Part shown: positions 9,109-18,236 of the stretch, piece by piece
Position numbering within the stretch: position 1 is the first letter of the stretch
Layout of the letters: each line of letters starts with the position of its first letter
Source: Thermoplasmatota archaeon
GTDB taxonomy: Archaea > Thermoplasmatota > Penumbrarchaeia > Penumbrarchaeales > Penumbrarchaeaceae
Reading direction: 5' to 3'
Length of the DNA: 26,314 nt
Assembly: GCA_965234725.1 (NCBI GenBank)
Contig: CBDDUX010000041.1
Location: 1-26,314 of the forward strand
Position numbers and translations under genes: made by a program
The notes under the pieces: model-generated
Database searches by the model: none
What the model saw: the letters and a program-made list of their open reading frames with translations, nothing else
Told to the model about the DNA's origin: nothing

Positions 9109-9858
9109 TCATCTATTGGGGAACTCGAGAACATAAACAATCTTATCAGTATCATCCTCCAGGACCGTCAGGTCCCCTCCCTGCATCTCCATCAGTGCTT
9201 TGGTGATGGGGAGGGAAAGCTTCTCCCATTCCATTGTGGTCAGCCTTGATTCAGTTTCAGACATGGATCTGACGATAGCTGTCATTTGGTCAGGGTCCAG
9301 GACCTGGCCGAAGCCGAAGATGATCACCAGTGTCCGTTCCTTTCCCGGTTTCAGGGCCACTTTGATATCGTGTCCATAGGGAGCTGTTGAGACGACATAT
9401 CTTAGAATATGGGAGAGCGCCCTTCTTGTCAGGTTCTGGTCAAGAACAAGAAGGTGAGATCCCTCCATGTTCTCGAGGGAGAATGTGACTTTACGGGTTT
9501 TTCCAAGGTGAGACATGTCAGAGGCTATCTTGTCCACCAACAGTGAGATGTCGCTCTCCTTGAGATCGATATGGGAATTTTCGGATGAAATGAATCCCAT
9601 ATCCTGGACCTGGTCCACGAAGTATGTCATCTCCTCAAGGTTCATTGAAATGGTCTCCATCTTGTCGCTGATCTCCAAGTCCAATGGCCCGTAAACCTCT
9701 GCAAGGATAAGCTCAGTATAAGATCTGATAAGTGTCAAGGGGGTCCTCATTTGATGGGAAGTGTTCTGAAGATAGGAGATCAGTTTTCCTTCATCCTTCA
9801 TCATTCCAGCCATCTTTCCTCTGAAACCATCTTTCTCATTCTGTTTCCTGGATCCCAT
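9109..9858 (-). CDS. Histidine-kinase-like protein (HisKA plus degenerate HATPase_c), no sensor domain
   Basis: H-box SHQMRTPLTLIRSYTELI is intact, and the C-terminal fold remnant ITKALMEMQGGDLTV is present. N, G1 and G2 boxes are not recognisable. Likely start is ATG 9858, 1 nt after the FAH stop. Confidence 0.75.
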   Translation of the reverse strand: MGSRKQNEKDGFRGKMAGMMKDEGKLISYLQNTSHQMRTPLTLIRSYTELILAEVYGPLDLEISDKMETISMNLEEMTYFVDQVQDMGFISSENSHIDLKESDISLLVDKIASDMSHLGKTRKVTFSLENMEGSHLLVLDQNLTRRALSHILRYVVSTAPYGHDIKVALKPGKERTLVIIFGFGQVLDPDQMTAIVRSMSETESRLTTMEWEKLSLPITKALMEMQGGDLTVLEDDTDKIVYVLEFPNR

Positions 9859-9859
9859 A

Positions 9860-10549
9860 TCAATCCCTCTTTTTTCCTGTTCCTGCACTTGCCACAACAT
9901 CGACATCAAGGGGTTCGATACCATCAATACCGGCCCGAACCTTGTCACCTGGAACAAGAGGTCCCACACCAGCAGGGGTTCCTGTCATTATGATATCTCC
10001 TGCTTCAAGGGTCATGGAACAGGAGATGATGGAGATGATCCTTTCCACGGGCCATAGAAGAAGATCGGTTGACGAATCCTGCCTTCTCTTACCATTGACC
10101 TCCAACCAGATGGACCTGCCCCTCCAGGAATAGGATCCGGAAGTTACGATCTCCGGTCCAATAGGTGCAAAAGTATCGAATCCTTTCGCTTCAGCCCAGG
10201 GGAGACCTTTGGATTTGGCCTCGTCCTGAAGGTCCCTGGCTGTGATGTCCAGCATAACGGTGTAACCGAGAATATACGATGGCACATCGTCTTCCGGAAT
10301 GGACTTCCCTCCCTTCCCCATGATAACTGCCAGCTCGACCTCGTGGTGAACCTTTGAGGTCCCTTCCGGAACAATGATGGTTCCGTGGTTTGCCAGCAGG
10401 GAGGAGGGCGGTTTCAGAAAGAACCTCGGACTTGGAGGGACCTCATTACCAAGTTCCCTGGCATGTTCCGCATAGCTCCTGAGCAGACAGATGATCTTAG
10501 AAGGAGATACCCGATATGAACCATTATCCATCCTGACTTCCAACATCAT
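9860..10549 (-). CDS. Fumarylacetoacetate hydrolase family protein
   Basis: Motifs KIICL.RSY.EHA.E, FFLKPPSS, HHEVELAV, DITARDLQ, W..AKGFDTF.P.GP and TLEAGDIIMTGTPAGVG. Confidence 0.93.
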   Translation of the reverse strand: MMLEVRMDNGSYRVSPSKIICLLRSYAEHARELGNEVPPSPRFFLKPPSSLLANHGTIIVPEGTSKVHHEVELAVIMGKGGKSIPEDDVPSYILGYTVMLDITARDLQDEAKSKGLPWAEAKGFDTFAPIGPEIVTSGSYSWRGRSIWLEVNGKRRQDSSTDLLLWPVERIISIISCSMTLEAGDIIMTGTPAGVGPLVPGDKVRAGIDGIEPLDVDVVASAGTGKKRD

Positions 10550-10642
10550 TCATCACAATACCGTTCATCGCGGACCTCTTATATTTCTTTTCCAACGCAT
10601 CTCTCCCGAAAACTTATTCAAAACCTCTGTCCTTCGACCTCC

Positions 10643-11566
10643 ATGAGGGTTTGCTTCATCGGAACGGGGGGTTCCTGGCCGACAAAAAGAAGGAATCCCA
10701 TTTCCATAGCGGTAACTTCAGGAAAGACGAATATACTCCTCGACTGCGGGGAGGGAACCCAGCGTCAGATCCTGTTCACTCCATTATCCCCAAACAAATT
10801 GGATGCCATATTGATCTCACACCTCCATGGAGACCATTTCCTTGGACTTCCTGGACTTGTCCAGACAATGTCCCTCAATGACAGGTCAAAAGAATTGATG
10901 ATATACGGCCCCGAAGGAATAGTGGGGGCCTTTGAAAAGGCCATGACAATGTGCAGTTTCAACCCAGGGTTCGAGATGAATGTCATTACCGTAAGGGAGG
11001 GCGATAGCTTCAAGGTTGGAGAAATTAACTTCCTTGCATCCAAAGCCGACCATACCATCCCCTCTCTTGCCTTCAGGGTTTTCCAGGACCAGAGACCTGG
11101 AAGGTTCAGTAGGAAAACCGCGTTAGAGTTGGGGATCCCTGAGGGACCTCTCTGGGGAAGGTTGCAGAAAGGTGAGTCTGTCTCAGTTACCACCAAGGGT
11201 GTAAAGATGATCGTTACACCGGACATGGTCATGGGACCTCCAAGGGAGGGGTATTCCCTAGGATATACCGGAGATACCTGCCCGAACCATTCCATCGTGG
11301 AACTGATGAAAGGTGTGGACATGTTGATCCATGAGGCGACCTTTTCATCTGAACTAGAGGAAAAGGCCAGTGAATACAAGCATTCCACTGCGAGGCAGGC
11401 TGCCATTACAGCCAGAGAAGCAAAGGCGAGGACCCTTTATCTGGTCCATTCCTCCCCCAGATATTCCCGAGAAGGTCAGGATGAGATCCTTTTAAAAGAG
11501 GCAATGGAAGTGTTCGATAACGTTAGTATGCCAGAGGATCTCGACTGTGTTGAGCTCAGCCGGTGA
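10643..11566 (+). CDS. rnz: Ribonuclease Z (tRNA 3' endonuclease)
   Basis: Motifs GTGGSWPT, DCGEGTQ, HLHGDH, the exosite G.PEGPLWGRLQ.G, YTGDT, HEATF, HST and HSSPRY. Confidence 0.95.
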   Translation: MRVCFIGTGGSWPTKRRNPISIAVTSGKTNILLDCGEGTQRQILFTPLSPNKLDAILISHLHGDHFLGLPGLVQTMSLNDRSKELMIYGPEGIVGAFEKAMTMCSFNPGFEMNVITVREGDSFKVGEINFLASKADHTIPSLAFRVFQDQRPGRFSRKTALELGIPEGPLWGRLQKGESVSVTTKGVKMIVTPDMVMGPPREGYSLGYTGDTCPNHSIVELMKGVDMLIHEATFSSELEEKASEYKHSTARQAAITAREAKARTLYLVHSSPRYSREGQDEILLKEAMEVFDNVSMPEDLDCVELSR

Positions 11567-13004
11567 AGGACCGTCCCCTCAAGGTCATCACATATAGCGG
11601 GAGAAGGATCTCGAACCTCCCGAGGACCATTATGACCATGAGAACTACCTTGAGGAACCAGTTCAGCGAACTTATCCCTTCAGCCGTAGAGAATGTTCCA
11701 AAGGCGATCCCGGAATTCGAGATCGAAGTGACGCATAATGTAAAGCTCTCGAACAGGTCCCCGTGAAAAAGGAGGATCAGGCTGATAGATACAACTAGCA
11801 AGCTGAAAAGATAGAAGAAGGACATGTTCGCTGATTCCAGGGCCTTATCCGAGTAATGGCCTTCACCCCTTTTAAGTGAAAAGACAGCACTGGGATGTGA
11901 GCTCCTCTTCACTTCAGCCAGGAAACCCTTGATAAGAAGGAAGAACCTGTGCACCTTGAAGCCAGAGGCCAGGGAAAGTGAGGAACCTCCCAACAGCATG
12001 AGGAGAAGCAGAAGGACCTTGATGGAATCCGGCCACTGACCCATACCCTCCACCATGAAACCGGTTGTGGTCAAGGCCGAGATCGTGATGAAAAGACCGT
12101 TCAGGATGGACCTCCCGATGGGAAATCCGTGGGAGAGGAGTATCATGGACCCAAGGATTGGAACGGTCAAGGCAATGGTCATGTAGGAAATGTTCTCGGT
12201 ATCGAAGATGGTCTTGCTCCTACCCCTTGCTGAAAGAAGAGATAGATGAACGTAGTAACCCATACCTGAAAGGAACATGAAAACGGTTATCAGCAACAAT
12301 ATCTGGGTCCCTTCACCGAGGATCCTTCCCTGAGATGAAAAACCCCCTGTGGATATCGTTGCCATTGATAGACAGATAGAATCGAAGAACGTCTTGCCAG
12401 CCAGATAAAAGAAAAGTGTTGATATCACCGTGAAAAGACCATAGGCGACCGTTAGTTTTTGAATGAGGGATGAGAGGTTCGGAACAAGACCGATCCTTGA
12501 GAAGATCTTCCTGTCTACGGACCTCTGGGCAGAATCACTGATATCCGTAAGGAAAAGAAATGCGAAGACCAGGTAGAACAGGCCTCCCAACCATTGTATG
12601 GAAACCCTGAAGAAAAGCATACCATGGGAAATATCCAGGAATTCGTTTGCGTCCAGATTTGAGAGTCCAGTAGTGGTGAAACCGGCCCCGGATTCGAATA
12701 TTGCGGAGATAGGGTCCATTCTTTCAGTGAACATGAAAGGAAGTGATCCGAGGAAAATCATGAAAATGAAGGAGAGGATGGCCACTGAAAACCTTGTCCT
12801 CCTTCTGAAGAACCTGTACCCTGATTCCTTGAAAGAGAATATCATGTAGATAAGGGACCCAAAGGACCAGGGGACTAAGAAAAAATGGAAATTGGTCCAG
12901 GAGAGTTCACCATAGGCGATGTCAATACCGAAGGAGATCATGAATAGGACCAGTACCGCCATGGTCATCCTGGTCGCGGCGGTAATGAACCTGTCCTTCT
13001 CCAT
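11556..13004 (-). CDS. trkH: TrkH-family K+ uptake membrane subunit
   Basis: Four pore loops (FTTTGLS, ISTGGFS, LTTTGF, SNSG), QWLGG and GRFE. Lies downstream of trkA. Likely start is ATG 13004. Confidence 0.9.
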   Translation of the reverse strand: MEKDRFITAATRMTMAVLVLFMISFGIDIAYGELSWTNFHFFLVPWSFGSLIYMIFSFKESGYRFFRRRTRFSVAILSFIFMIFLGSLPFMFTERMDPISAIFESGAGFTTTGLSNLDANEFLDISHGMLFFRVSIQWLGGLFYLVFAFLFLTDISDSAQRSVDRKIFSRIGLVPNLSSLIQKLTVAYGLFTVISTLFFYLAGKTFFDSICLSMATISTGGFSSQGRILGEGTQILLLITVFMFLSGMGYYVHLSLLSARGRSKTIFDTENISYMTIALTVPILGSMILLSHGFPIGRSILNGLFITISALTTTGFMVEGMGQWPDSIKVLLLLLMLLGGSSLSLASGFKVHRFFLLIKGFLAEVKRSSHPSAVFSLKRGEGHYSDKALESANMSFFYLFSLLVVSISLILLFHGDLFESFTLCVTSISNSGIAFGTFSTAEGISSLNWFLKVVLMVIMVLGRFEILLPLYVMTLRGRSFTG

Positions 13005-13021
13005 ATCATTCCCCTTTTGAT

Positions 13022-14386
13022 TCAGAAATGGTCCTTGACCCATTTCACAAGCTTGCTCTTTGTGAATATCATCAGCCTATCCTTTGGATGGATGAACGTG
13101 TCACCTCTGGGGATGATGATCTTTCCATCTCTCACTATTGCCCCTATGACCATTTCCCTCTTCCTGAACCTCATTATTGCATCTAACCTCATATTTGCTG
13201 ATTTTGCTTTGTCCCTTACCTTGAGCTCGATGACCTGGATCTCTCCCTTGTTCAGAGTTCCCAGAGCATTGAAATCATCCTTGTGGAAATACTTCAGTAT
13301 GGTTGATAGTGTGACCTCCATTGGAGAGATCACAAGATCGATCCCGACCTCTTCCAGGATGGATTTCAATCCCGGCCTGTCAACAAGGGAGATCGATCTG
13401 AGGGCCCCGTACTGTCTGGCAAGAAGGGCAGTGAGGATGTTGACCTCTTCCTTCTCCGTTACAGCCAGGAAGGCATCTGTCTCGGTGACACCCTCTTCTT
13501 TCAGAAGGTCCTTATCAGTTGGATTTCCGTGTATAACAAGTACTTCCGGCAGCTTTTCGGATATCTCCTTGCACCTGTCCTCATCCTCCTCTATAAGTAT
13601 GACGGACATCTCTCTTTCGGAAAGTAACTTTGCAAGATGGAAACCTATCCTGGACCCCCCTGCGATCATCACCCTGTCAACGGTCCTCTTCTGGGATGTA
13701 GCCTTGGGAACACCCAACAATTTGGTGAGTGCCTCAGCCACTCCTTCCTCGATATCTTTTGGTATGACCGCTAGGATCCTGTCATTCGGTTCAAGCCTCA
13801 GATTCCCTTTGGGAATGAGGACCTCCTCGTTCCTGAAAATAGCAACAAGGGTCACCTCCCTCGGTAACTTGATCTTCCTGATCTCCTTTCCCACAGACTT
13901 TGAAGCCCTATCAACCCTGTTCTCCACGATCCTGAGGAGCTTCTTTCCGAACATCGGAGAATCCAGAAGAAGTGGAATGGAAAGAACGTTCGACATATGG
14001 GTGGACGATATGAGATCGGGGCAGAAAGCCACATCGATTCCCACTTCGTTCAGCTCATCAGTGGTTACAGGTTTCTGTATGTAATCCTCACTGTTGATCC
14101 TGGCAAGTGTCTTACAGCCCCTGTTCTTTGCGATGGAACAGGCTGCCAGATTTATCTCATCCTTTCCTGTGACGGCAATGAAGAAATCAGCCGAGTTAAC
14201 ATAGGCCCGGTCCAGAACAGAAGGAGAGGCCGCATTTCCTGCAACCACCAGAACGTCAAGTGCTTCGAGCCTTTCGGTAATGGCATCGTTCCTTTCCACC
14301 ACGGTGATGTTGTGACCTTCCTCGCTGAGTGTCCTTGCAAGGGAATAGCCTACATCTCCGCCTCCTGCAATGATGACGTTCTTCAT
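13022..14386 (-). CDS. trkA: Trk system K+ uptake regulatory subunit (two RCK N/C pairs)
   Basis: Two Rossmann motifs (IAGGGDVG and IAGGSRIG), each followed by a TrkA_C domain (IP.G...L...D). 454 aa. Confidence 0.95.
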   Translation of the reverse strand: MKNVIIAGGGDVGYSLARTLSEEGHNITVVERNDAITERLEALDVLVVAGNAASPSVLDRAYVNSADFFIAVTGKDEINLAACSIAKNRGCKTLARINSEDYIQKPVTTDELNEVGIDVAFCPDLISSTHMSNVLSIPLLLDSPMFGKKLLRIVENRVDRASKSVGKEIRKIKLPREVTLVAIFRNEEVLIPKGNLRLEPNDRILAVIPKDIEEGVAEALTKLLGVPKATSQKRTVDRVMIAGGSRIGFHLAKLLSEREMSVILIEEDEDRCKEISEKLPEVLVIHGNPTDKDLLKEEGVTETDAFLAVTEKEEVNILTALLARQYGALRSISLVDRPGLKSILEEVGIDLVISPMEVTLSTILKYFHKDDFNALGTLNKGEIQVIELKVRDKAKSANMRLDAIMRFRKREMVIGAIVRDGKIIIPRGDTFIHPKDRLMIFTKSKLVKWVKDHF

Positions 14387-14454
14387 CGGTCCACCATCGG
14401 ATGGATGAAGCTACAAGTTTTAATACGTTATCATCCTGGCGGGCATTCTCCTTG

Positions 14455-15642
14455 TCATGTCCGATGTCCAAGTTGGAGATCAAGAACGATGTGGTCGATC
14501 CTTGGTGCGAAGGATTTCAACTTCCTTGAACCAAGGAGCTCGAGGGATCTTCCACACCCTTCTATCATTGACCTAGAAGCTTCGAAAAGTCCTTCGGCTC
14601 CCTTTTCTGTTTCAATGGTATCGTGAAGATGTATCTTCGAACCCTCCTTCCTTGAAAGGCTCACTGCCCTTGGAAGAAAGGAGACTGTCCCTCCAACATA
14701 TCCCATGACGATCCTGTCAGCCATACCCTCCGGAAGTACCTCCCTGTTATCACCCTGGATAGGTATTATCCTGTCCTCAACTCCATTGACGGTTATGTTC
14801 TTTTGAAGGTAATGGAACGAAATGGGGTTCTTCTCTACAGCAAAGATGTACTGGTTGTCCAAACCCAAGGCCATTGGAATGGAGAAGTATCCGATCCCCG
14901 CGAACATGTCCACCACGATCTCACTGTCCAGGACCCTGTCCTTAGATATTTTTTGAAGTCTAGGGGGGGGAAGGAGGGATCTGATCCTTTTTGGAAAAAG
15001 GGTCCTTTCCTCGATGTTTCCAGGTGAGAACATGACCTTTCTTGGATCCATCCAATAGAGGACACCGTTCTCCTTATGACATATATCGAAGTTCCCATTC
15101 TTCGGAGGGACAAGGACCTCGAATCCAGGTTCCCTGAACTCTCCAGAGATCCCCGTCATATCCCTCAAAACGAACCTTGAACCCAGTGCTTCCCCGTATG
15201 AGCCAGCGATCATCGTGATGATATCTTTGCGTACATGAGGGAATTTAAGGATAAGGCAATCTCCGATCCGTTTATATTTGGCCGGGACAAGGTCTTCATT
15301 CTCTGGCGGAAGTAAATTCTCAAGATCCCTCAGGACCTGATCCCGTGGAGAGTATTGGTGGGTTCGATCAAGGGTCCTTTCCCTCCCTGGAATGAGTCTG
15401 AACACTATTCCTTTTCCGTTCAAAGAAAGTATCAGGTCCGACTCCACCTTTGGGTCCTTCAATAAGAGGGGAAAGTGGACCTCACCATCCCTTCCAATGG
15501 ACCTGGACGGATCGAAAACCTCCATTTCCATTATCAGGGACCTGGTCCTTTCTGCATCCTTTCGGGGAACGGAAAGAGTGAGGACCTTCCCCTTTCCATT
15601 TGTGGAATTATCTCCACCATCATATGTTCCCATTGTACACAT
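14455..15642 (-). CDS. Trm5/TYW2(Taw2)-family SAM-dependent tRNA-modifying enzyme, probably the wyosine aminocarboxypropyltransferase
   Basis: Motifs IGD, HKENGV.Y..D..KVMFSPGNIEER, VVDMFAGIGYFSIP, EKNP, GDNRE, ADRIVMGY and IHLH. Start could be 15642 or 15633. Confidence 0.8.
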   Translation of the reverse strand: MCTMGTYDGGDNSTNGKGKVLTLSVPRKDAERTRSLIMEMEVFDPSRSIGRDGEVHFPLLLKDPKVESDLILSLNGKGIVFRLIPGRERTLDRTHQYSPRDQVLRDLENLLPPENEDLVPAKYKRIGDCLILKFPHVRKDIITMIAGSYGEALGSRFVLRDMTGISGEFREPGFEVLVPPKNGNFDICHKENGVLYWMDPRKVMFSPGNIEERTLFPKRIRSLLPPPRLQKISKDRVLDSEIVVDMFAGIGYFSIPMALGLDNQYIFAVEKNPISFHYLQKNITVNGVEDRIIPIQGDNREVLPEGMADRIVMGYVGGTVSFLPRAVSLSRKEGSKIHLHDTIETEKGAEGLFEASRSMIEGCGRSLELLGSRKLKSFAPRIDHIVLDLQLGHRT

Positions 15643-15694
15643 GAAGGGATAATATCAGAAAAAACCTTTTGTAATACTCAGAATATGAAATGGC

Positions 15695-18094
15695 ATGAAG
15701 GAGACAAGATGGAGTCTGCTGGTCCTTTCGATCCTGGTCCTATCCATGGGTATACCTCTTCTCTCGATCAACATGGAGGAAGCTTCATCTCTTCCCTCCC
15801 GGGCAGTGGATGAGGACCTTGAGATAGATATCACGGTCTCGTTCGATACTGCACTGGACATCTCGGTGGATATCGTTGTACAAGTCAATGTGATGATCTT
15901 GAACGGGACCCTGATGAATGCCGATCAGATAAGGAACCTCTACTCGATCGATCAAGCAATGACAGAGGAACTTATTGAGGATGAGCTCTGGAACAGAGCT
16001 GAAAACCTGACTAGCAATTCCTTCCAGGGAGATATATTTGAGGTTGTAGAGGGGGAGCTCGATATCTTGACCCTTGACAACACCACTGCCTCCCCGGGAG
16101 ATCCGGTGATCTACAATATGGAACTGGTCGGGAGAACCGATCTGGCCAGGTTCATCGATCCGGGAAGGTTTTCTTTCTTGAACGAAGGAAGGGAGATATA
16201 CTTCATCACTGCACTTTTCCTTTCAGGTTTCACATATACAAGAACAATATCTCTAATGGCATATGAGGGAGAGACAGTAACTTACAATATTCCCATATCC
16301 ATGAGACCATTGGGAGATGACACTTTGGTCCTGGATATCAATTCTTATGACGGGCAGATCTCCGGCCCCTACTATACTATGAGTATTGGTGGGTCCGGTT
16401 CCATTGAAGAGGCTTACTTCACTTTCACGATCAGTAACCCCACACCATATACCGTATTTGATGAGGTTCTGGAGGGAGATTTCCTTCTGGACTGGAAGGA
16501 GCTGGACACTGTCTCGATCACTGGAGAAGCATTCATAGGATCCATTGGAAGCTACAGGTCAGCACTACTGACATCATCTCCTCCATCGATCACCGTACCG
16601 GATTTCATACCTTCATCCCTCATCAGGTATTCCCATCTTGAAGGGATCCTGACCTCGGAGGACCTGGACTCCATCGAGGTGCAGATGATAGAAGAGGTTG
16701 AGACCAGTGTCATGGAGGCATTGGATAATGATTCTGTCTCTGTAATTGTTGAGATACATACAGGAGCGGAATCCCTTGAGCTCCCGGAAACCGGAACGGA
16801 ACTGGTCTCCATCATCTCCTCCTCAGAACCGATCATTGCGGACATCTCCACCGAGACCGATACCACACTGGACATACTCGAGGGATATGATAGTAATGAT
16901 GTGATCGGTCTCCTTAACGGAGGGCTGAGAATATATCACGACCTTGAACCAATGAACGATGATAGGTTCGCCCTTGAGATAATGTTGCCCGAAGGTCTCT
17001 ATATCTGGGGAGATCCCCATGTCAGGGAGAATGGAACAAGAAAGGTCTACGATTACATACCAGGCAGGATCAAGATAGCCTCAGAAAAGGCACCAGACAT
17101 CCAAAATGAGATACTTTCCATCTCAGGGAAGATAGATCTTTCAAATGTAAATTCGATGTATATCATGGATACTGAATTGGATATCGAGGCCAACTTGACA
17201 TTCGGATTCGGAGCAATGACATTCGATATGGATGATTTCGATTTCGATACGACCCTTGATTACGAACTGGAATACATTACATCGGATATGATCCGGTTAC
17301 TTATGAGGATGGGTATCATTGACAGAGAGAAGGTCGAGGAGAAGGTAGAAGATGAGGTGAGGGATGGTCTGGAGGATATCCTTCCGGATGAGAGAGATAC
17401 CCTCATTGTCGACCTTCAGGAATCGTCACTGATCTTCGACGGGGACATAGATAACGTTGATGCGGAAGAACATCTTCTTCTCAATATTGCTGTATCCGGT
17501 ACATTGAGCCCGATGAAAGCTATCGAGAATGGAAATGGAAACAACACGAATGCCATAGTCCCTTACCATTTCTATCCGATCCTTCCTGTCAGGTCTTTCA
17601 CAAAGACAATGAGCCTGGAAGATGGCAAGTACTGGGATATGGATATTGATATCTCACTTCCCAGCGGCCTTGGTTTCAAAGCCTGGATAGGATTGGGCGA
17701 GAATGACAATGTGAGAGAACTGGAAGTGGATTCATCCAAGGGTTATCCCACCCTGCACCTTGATATCAAAAGCGGTGAAGCGGACAGGATCACCGTGGAG
17801 CTCAAGGTGGGAGGCTGGCTTTTAGTCAATAATGTGGGTGCATGCTTCGGTTGCTGTCTGCTCTCGGTCGTCCTCATCATCCTGATCCTTCTTGTTCTCG
17901 TTGTCAGGATGATCAGAAGGAAGAAGGATGAAAAAGGGGTTGATGAGACCTCTGGAGAGGAAGAGGATAACAAGAACGGGAAGAAGAAGGGAAAGGAAGA
18001 AAAGGATAAGACCGGAAAGAAGAAAGGGACCAGTTCTGATAAGGATACGAAAATGAAGAAGCCGGATGGAGAGGAACTCTCATGGGAAGTCTGA
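15695..18094 (+). CDS. Uncharacterised acidic surface protein with signal peptide, C-terminal TM anchor and apparent 3-fold repeat
   Basis: 799-aa ORF with an N-terminal signal peptide, a D/E-rich ectodomain, a TM segment (GACFGCCLLSVVLIILILLVLVV), RRKK and a Lys/Glu-rich tail. Confidence 0.8.
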   Translation: MKETRWSLLVLSILVLSMGIPLLSINMEEASSLPSRAVDEDLEIDITVSFDTALDISVDIVVQVNVMILNGTLMNADQIRNLYSIDQAMTEELIEDELWNRAENLTSNSFQGDIFEVVEGELDILTLDNTTASPGDPVIYNMELVGRTDLARFIDPGRFSFLNEGREIYFITALFLSGFTYTRTISLMAYEGETVTYNIPISMRPLGDDTLVLDINSYDGQISGPYYTMSIGGSGSIEEAYFTFTISNPTPYTVFDEVLEGDFLLDWKELDTVSITGEAFIGSIGSYRSALLTSSPPSITVPDFIPSSLIRYSHLEGILTSEDLDSIEVQMIEEVETSVMEALDNDSVSVIVEIHTGAESLELPETGTELVSIISSSEPIIADISTETDTTLDILEGYDSNDVIGLLNGGLRIYHDLEPMNDDRFALEIMLPEGLYIWGDPHVRENGTRKVYDYIPGRIKIASEKAPDIQNEILSISGKIDLSNVNSMYIMDTELDIEANLTFGFGAMTFDMDDFDFDTTLDYELEYITSDMIRLLMRMGIIDREKVEEKVEDEVRDGLEDILPDERDTLIVDLQESSLIFDGDIDNVDAEEHLLLNIAVSGTLSPMKAIENGNGNNTNAIVPYHFYPILPVRSFTKTMSLEDGKYWDMDIDISLPSGLGFKAWIGLGENDNVRELEVDSSKGYPTLHLDIKSGEADRITVELKVGGWLLVNNVGACFGCCLLSVVLIILILLVLVVRMIRRKKDEKGVDETSGEEEDNKNGKKKGKEEKDKTGKKKGTSSDKDTKMKKPDGEELSWEV

Positions 18095-18141
18095 GACCAT
18101 CACCATGACCTGTCAGGATATGCTGGCCCCAATTCAAGGCT

Positions 18142-18157
18142 AAGAAATCTTTAAATA
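18142..18157 (+). promoter_or_regulatory. BRE/TATA promoter of the rps19e operon
   Basis: AAGAAA-TC-TTTAAATA about 80 nt upstream of ATG 18237. SD GGAGG at 18226-18230. Confidence 0.65.
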
Positions 18158-18236
18158 AAAGAGATAGTATGAGCCCCTTCACATCCCCTTCTAGTAGGGG
18201 TCTATTTCCCCCGCTGGAATTGCATGGAGGCACTAG

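Noticed and set aside
9859..9969. N-terminal extension of the kinase-like ORF as given in the ORF track
   Set aside because: It overlaps the FAH gene. ATG 9858, right after the FAH stop, is the more plausible start. Similar over-extensions were trimmed for mptD, pssA, trkH, uppS, the NikR-family gene, znuB and FDR.
13017..14084. 355-aa plus-strand ORF
   Set aside because: It is an antisense shadow of trkA, Ser-rich, with no recognisable motifs.
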